Source: an uncultured delta proteobacterium (GTDB lineage Bacteria; Myxococcota_A; UBA9160; UBA4427). Taken from it: a stretch of 64,000 nucleotides of DNA. The stretch's first letter is position 1, and each line of letters opens with the position of its first letter. The position numbers and the translations under genes are program-made. The notes under the pieces were generated by a model. The model ran no database searches. It had not been told where the DNA came from and worked only from the letters and a program-made list of their open reading frames with translations. Positions 60,644-64,000 of this stretch are shown piece after piece. Location of the stretch: positions 416,001-480,000 of the forward strand of contig CAWGJT010000010.1 of assembly GCA_963822965.1 (NCBI GenBank), in the 5' to 3' direction.

Positions 60644-61102
60644 ATGGAGCACGTTCTCGTCGCGATCGATTTCTCGGCCCACGGCCGTGTCGTCCTCGAG
60701 CAGGCCAGGAAGCTCGCTGGCGCCTGGACGGAGCGCAGCTCACCCTGCTGCACGTCGCGGCGCCGGACCCGGATTTCGTGGGATTCGAGGTGGGGCCCCA
60801 GAGCGTGCGCGATTCCCGCGCCCACGAGCTCGATCTCGAGCGGCGCGAGCTGCACCGCATGGCCGAGGAGCTGCGCGAGGAGGGGATTTCCGGCACGCGC
60901 CTTCCTCTTCGCGGGTCCCACCGCCGAGACGATCCTGCGCGAGGCGGGCCGGCTGCCGGCGGACTTCATCGTCATGGGAAGCCACGGCCGCGGCGCGCTC
61001 GGAAACGCCTTCATCGGGAGCGTGAGCCGCGACGTGCTGCGCGGCGCCGCCTGCCCGGTGGTGGTGGTTCCCGCGCGGGTGGCGGCCTCCGACGAGGAGT
61101 GA
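60644..61102 (+). CDS. Universal stress protein (two compensating frameshifts)
   Basis: HVLVAIDFS, LTLLHV, IVMGSHGRG....FIGSVS..VL..A.CPV.VVP. Confidence 0.88.
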   Translation: MEHVLVAIDFSAHGRVVLEQARKLAGAWTERSSPCCTSRRRTRISWDSRWGPRACAIPAPTSSISSGASCTAWPRSCARRGFPARAFLFAGPTAETILREAGRLPADFIVMGSHGRGALGNAFIGSVSRDVLRGAACPVVVVPARVAASDEE

Positions 61103-61105
61103 GCC

Positions 61106-62029
61106 TCAGCTCCTGCCGGGCGCCGGCGACCCGCGGCGAACCGACTCCGCGTTCGCCTCGCGCAGGCGCTCCCGGGCGGTCTCGCGGAGGTCGAGCATCT
61201 CGATGCGGTCCTCTCCCGTGGGCTCGCTCTGTGCGAGCCCGGCCAGCAGCTGCAGGGCCTCGCCGCGGCGTTCGGGGGCCAGGTCGAGCAGCAGCAGCGC
61301 GAGCAGCAGCCGGTTGCCCTCGAAGCGCTCCCCGTAGCGCAGCGCGCGGGCCATCTCGGGGAGCGCCCGGCCGCGATCGACCCAGCCCGTGACGAACGGG
61401 ACGCGCGGAAGGGTGGCGTGCAGGTGGGCCAGGAGCCGGTGGGCGCCTCCGTGCTCGAGAGACGGCTCGAGGGCCACCACCGCCTCGGCCTGACGCCGCA
61501 GCTTGTCGGCCACGCCCGCCCGCAGCACGGTCAGGGTTCCCTGGTAGCGCGACCACGAGGCCCAGGCGATCGCCGACCAGAAGTGGATGCGCGCGACGTC
61601 GGGGTACGACGCGGGCTCGAAGGCGGCGGCCAGCGCCTCGGGATCGTCGCCGCCGACCGCCTCGGGACGCGAAGTCCGGCGTCTGAGCGCCGCGAAGGCC
61701 GCCTCGGCGGCGGCGCGCGCCCCATCGAACCGCTGGCGCGCTTCGCCGTCGGTCTCACTCAGGTACTCCCCCTGGAAGTGGAGGGCCCGCAGCCGGCGCC
61801 AGTGGGCACCCAGAGCGTCCGGATCGAGCGCGAGGGCGGCCGCGCAGGCGTCGAGGGTGACGCGGATGGCGACGGGATCGTCCGCTCGCCGCGCCCAGGC
61901 GGCATCCGCGAGGGCGAGGGGGGGCGTTCCGTCCGCGGCCGGCGCGGAGGACGCCGCCAGCAGGACGAGTCCGCACGAAGCGGCCAGCGCGATCCAACGA
62001 ACGAGTCCCAAGGGCGCGGAGCCTCTCAC
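61106..62029 (-). CDS. Secreted TPR-like helical protein downstream of MMPL
   Basis: Signal peptide, HFWSAIAW, GGAHRLLA.LH..LP.VPFVTGW. Confidence 0.6.
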   Translation of the reverse strand: MRGSAPLGLVRWIALAASCGLVLLAASSAPAADGTPPLALADAAWARRADDPVAIRVTLDACAAALALDPDALGAHWRRLRALHFQGEYLSETDGEARQRFDGARAAAEAAFAALRRRTSRPEAVGGDDPEALAAAFEPASYPDVARIHFWSAIAWASWSRYQGTLTVLRAGVADKLRRQAEAVVALEPSLEHGGAHRLLAHLHATLPRVPFVTGWVDRGRALPEMARALRYGERFEGNRLLLALLLLDLAPERRGEALQLLAGLAQSEPTGEDRIEMLDLRETARERLREANAESVRRGSPAPGRS

Positions 62030-64000
62030 ACGCGCCGGGGCCTGTCCAATGCCTCGCGAAGGGGCGCCGTCGGGCCCCGTCCGGCCTGCGGCTCAGGCCG
62101 CGGCGCGCTGCGGTGCGCCCCGGGCGGCCTCCTCGGTCCGCGGCGCCGGACACCCGCTCGCCGTCGTTCCAGTCGAGCAGGGAGCACAGGGCGGGGGTCA
62201 CCGTGAGGTCGACCGCCCAGGCGAAGAGCAGAGTGAAGGCGCCCAGCGCGCCGAACTGGGCCTGGGTGACGAGCTCGCTCGTGGTGAGCACCAGCAGCCC
62301 CAGACACAGGGCGAGGGTGGTCCAGGTGACCGGCCTTCCGACCTCCGTGAGCGCGGCCCGGGCGGCGGAATCCGGCGCCTCCCGTTGCAGGGTGTGGCTG
62401 CGATGACGCACCACGAAGTGCAGGGTGTCGTCGATCGCGATCCCCAGCACCACGCAGCCGAGCAGGGCGGTGGCGTTGTTGAGCGGAATGCCGGTGAGGC
62501 CGAGAACGCCGAAGTAGACGGCGACGGGCAGCGCGTTCGGCAGCAGGGCCACGCCGGCCAGACGCGCCGATCGGAAGGCCAGGGCCAGGATCGCGTAGAT
62601 GATCGCGAACGCGGCGACGAGACTCACCGCCTGGTCGCGCGAGACGTCGTCCACCGCCCGCGTGAGCAGCACGGTGCCGCCCGTGACGACGGCGGTGAGG
62701 CCGTGCCCGAGTCCGGCCAGCCGGCCCTCGATGCGCGCCACGAGCTCGCCGATCTCCCGGGAGGAGGTCGCCCGCGAGCGCACCTGCACCAGGGTCGACT
62801 GCCGGCGCCCGTCCAGGATCGGGTCGACGGCGTCCCCGTCGGAGAGCCACAGCAGCTGCGCGACCAGGGCGCGGCTGGACCCGGCGTCGAGCGGTCCGGC
62901 CGCTCCGAGCAGGCGGCTGCCCGCCTGCAGGTGGTCGACGATGGAGGTGGTCCCGCCCACCTCGGGCTGGGTGGCCAGCCAGTCCTGGAGGCTTGCGATC
63001 TCCCGCAGCCGCGCGGGCTCGAGCAGGCTGCCGCGACCGGGTCCGTCGATGGCGATCGTGAACACGTCGGCGCCGTCGAGTGCTTCGTTGAGGCGCTCGT
63101 AGCTTCGACGGATCATCGAGTCGGCGTGGAAGTTCTCGACGGTGCGCGTGTCCACCTCGATCCTCGTCGCCGCCGCCAGCGAGCCGAGGAAGACGAGGAC
63201 GCTCGCGAAGAGGATCGCCTTGCGGTGCCGCAGGTCGAAGCACGCGATGCCGTCGAAGACCCGATCGAGCCGCTGCTCGCGATTCTCGAAGCGCGCCACG
63301 GTCGGCGCCGCGGCGAGCGCGAGCACCGCCGGGGTGAACGTGAGCGAGACACCGAGCGCCGCCGCCACGCCGAGGGCGCCGAAGCGGCCGAACTCCCGGA
63401 TCGCCGCGTGGGCGCTGGTCTCGAGGGAGAGGAAGGCGCCGGCGGTGGTGAGCGCCGTCAGGATCACGGGGCCCCGGACCGTCGCGAGCGCACTCGCCAC
63501 GCGCGCCGCATGCGAGGGGTGCTCGTCTCCTGCCCGGACGACGGCCCGCACCTCGGCGACCACGTGGATCGCGTACGCGAATCCCACCACCAGCACGAGG
63601 GGCGGCACGATGCTGGTGACCAGGTTCAGCGCATGACCCGCCCAGCCCATGGCGCCGAGCGTCCACACCAGCGCGATGGTGATCGTGGCCACGGGCAGCC
63701 AGGCCTGGGTGAGCGACCGGAAGACCACGAAGGCGGCGGCCATCATGAGCAGCAACACCAGGGGCACCTGGGTGGCCAGCTCGCGGTTCAGGATCCGGCT
63801 CATCTCGGCCTTGAAGAACGGCGCGCCCGCGATCCAGACCGGCGACCCGGGCGCCGCTTCGTGGACGGCGTACGCCACCCGCCGGTCGAGCCCCGACGCC
63901 ACGAGCTCGGGCTCGCTCATGGGCTCGAGACCCACCTGGATGGCGGCCAGGCGGCCGTCGCGCGAGACGAGTGTGCCGGCTCGCAGCGGATCGGTCAGCG
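62026..64000 (-). CDS. MMPL/RND family transporter (5' end beyond window; 3' end uncertain)
   Basis: Two TM bundles, AYAIH, LTALTT.GAF, ALLPN.LP, GIAIDDTLH, FG.L. Confidence 0.9.
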   Translation of the reverse strand, partial: ADRSAASRHTRLARRPPGRHPGGSRAHERARARGVGARPAGGVRRPRSGARVAGLDRGRAVLQGRDEPDPEPRAGHPGAPGVAAHDGRRLRGLPVAHPGLAARGHDHHRAGVDARRHGLGGSCAEPGHQHRAAPRAGGGIRVRDPRGRRGAGRRPGRRRAPLACGARGECARDGPGPRDPDGAHHRRRLPLPRDQRPRGDPGVRPLRRPRRGGGARCLAHVHPGGARARRGADRGALRESRAAARSGLRRHRVLRPAAPQGDPLRERPRLPRLAGGGDEDRGGHAHRRELPRRLDDPSKLRAPQRSTRRRRRVHDRHRRTRSRQPARARAAAGDRKPPGLAGHPARGGRDHLHRRPPAGGQPPARSGRTARRRVQPRPGRAAAVALRRGRRRPDPGRAPAVDPGAGALAGDLLPGDRRARGAHRGPAGRTRARPHRRRHGRHRAAHAGGGRRLARPGGESRRRVRDHLRDPGPGLPIGASGRRGPAAERAARRRLLRRSRPHRHSAQQRHRPARLRGAGDRDRRHPALRGASSQPHPATGGAGFRRPGRAHGGRKAGHLDHPRPVSGAAGAHHERARHPGPVRRAGRLHSALRLGGRPHGDPRPVLPARLERRRAGVRRRGPRRPPGAHRSAPRPEPQAGRGPTAPLREALDRPRRV

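Noticed and set aside
28655..61102. Programmed frameshifting or mass pseudogenisation in sgmX, glgP, the enoyl-CoA hydratase, usp and others
   Set aside because: The indels are scattered, lack slippery-site signatures and leave genes full length with intact motifs, so sequencing error is more parsimonious.

Overview
High-GC (about 70% by eye) bacterial window. Gene order and protein families point to Myxococcota or a related delta-proteobacterial lineage (inference). Many genes carry single-base indels, most likely from long-read assembly. 1-33 kb is a type IV pilus and motility super-locus: pilT-pilC-pilS-pilR-pilS2, then a minus-strand block (pilR2, Ig-like gene, fimU-pilV-pilW-pilX, Ig-like lipoprotein, pilY1, small secreted protein), then HTH-pilMNOPQ-aroK-aroB-TPR-mglC-like-aroQ-lipoate ligase-sgmX-like-ExeA-like ATPase. 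No pilA or pilD is present. The strongest unexplained signal is a regulatory code. A 28-bp CTCA(A/G)G-N16-CCGA(T/A)N promoter-like motif precedes five pilus/motility units. Two sigma54 promoters (fimU, pilY1) each carry tandem CGCA-N6-TGCG palindromes at nearly the same distance. 33-64 kb is accessory: a flavin oxidoreductase, a diguanylate cyclase, tRNA-Gly(CCC) with a 3-kb integrase-less island bounded by a tRNA 3' duplicate, glgP, a stand-alone LigD ligase, a foldase-like/esterase/ankyrin/Lnt/TetR cluster with a candidate structured RNA, several PEP-CTERM-type proteins, patatin, Usp and an MMPL transporter. No CRISPR array, rRNA or transposase was seen.
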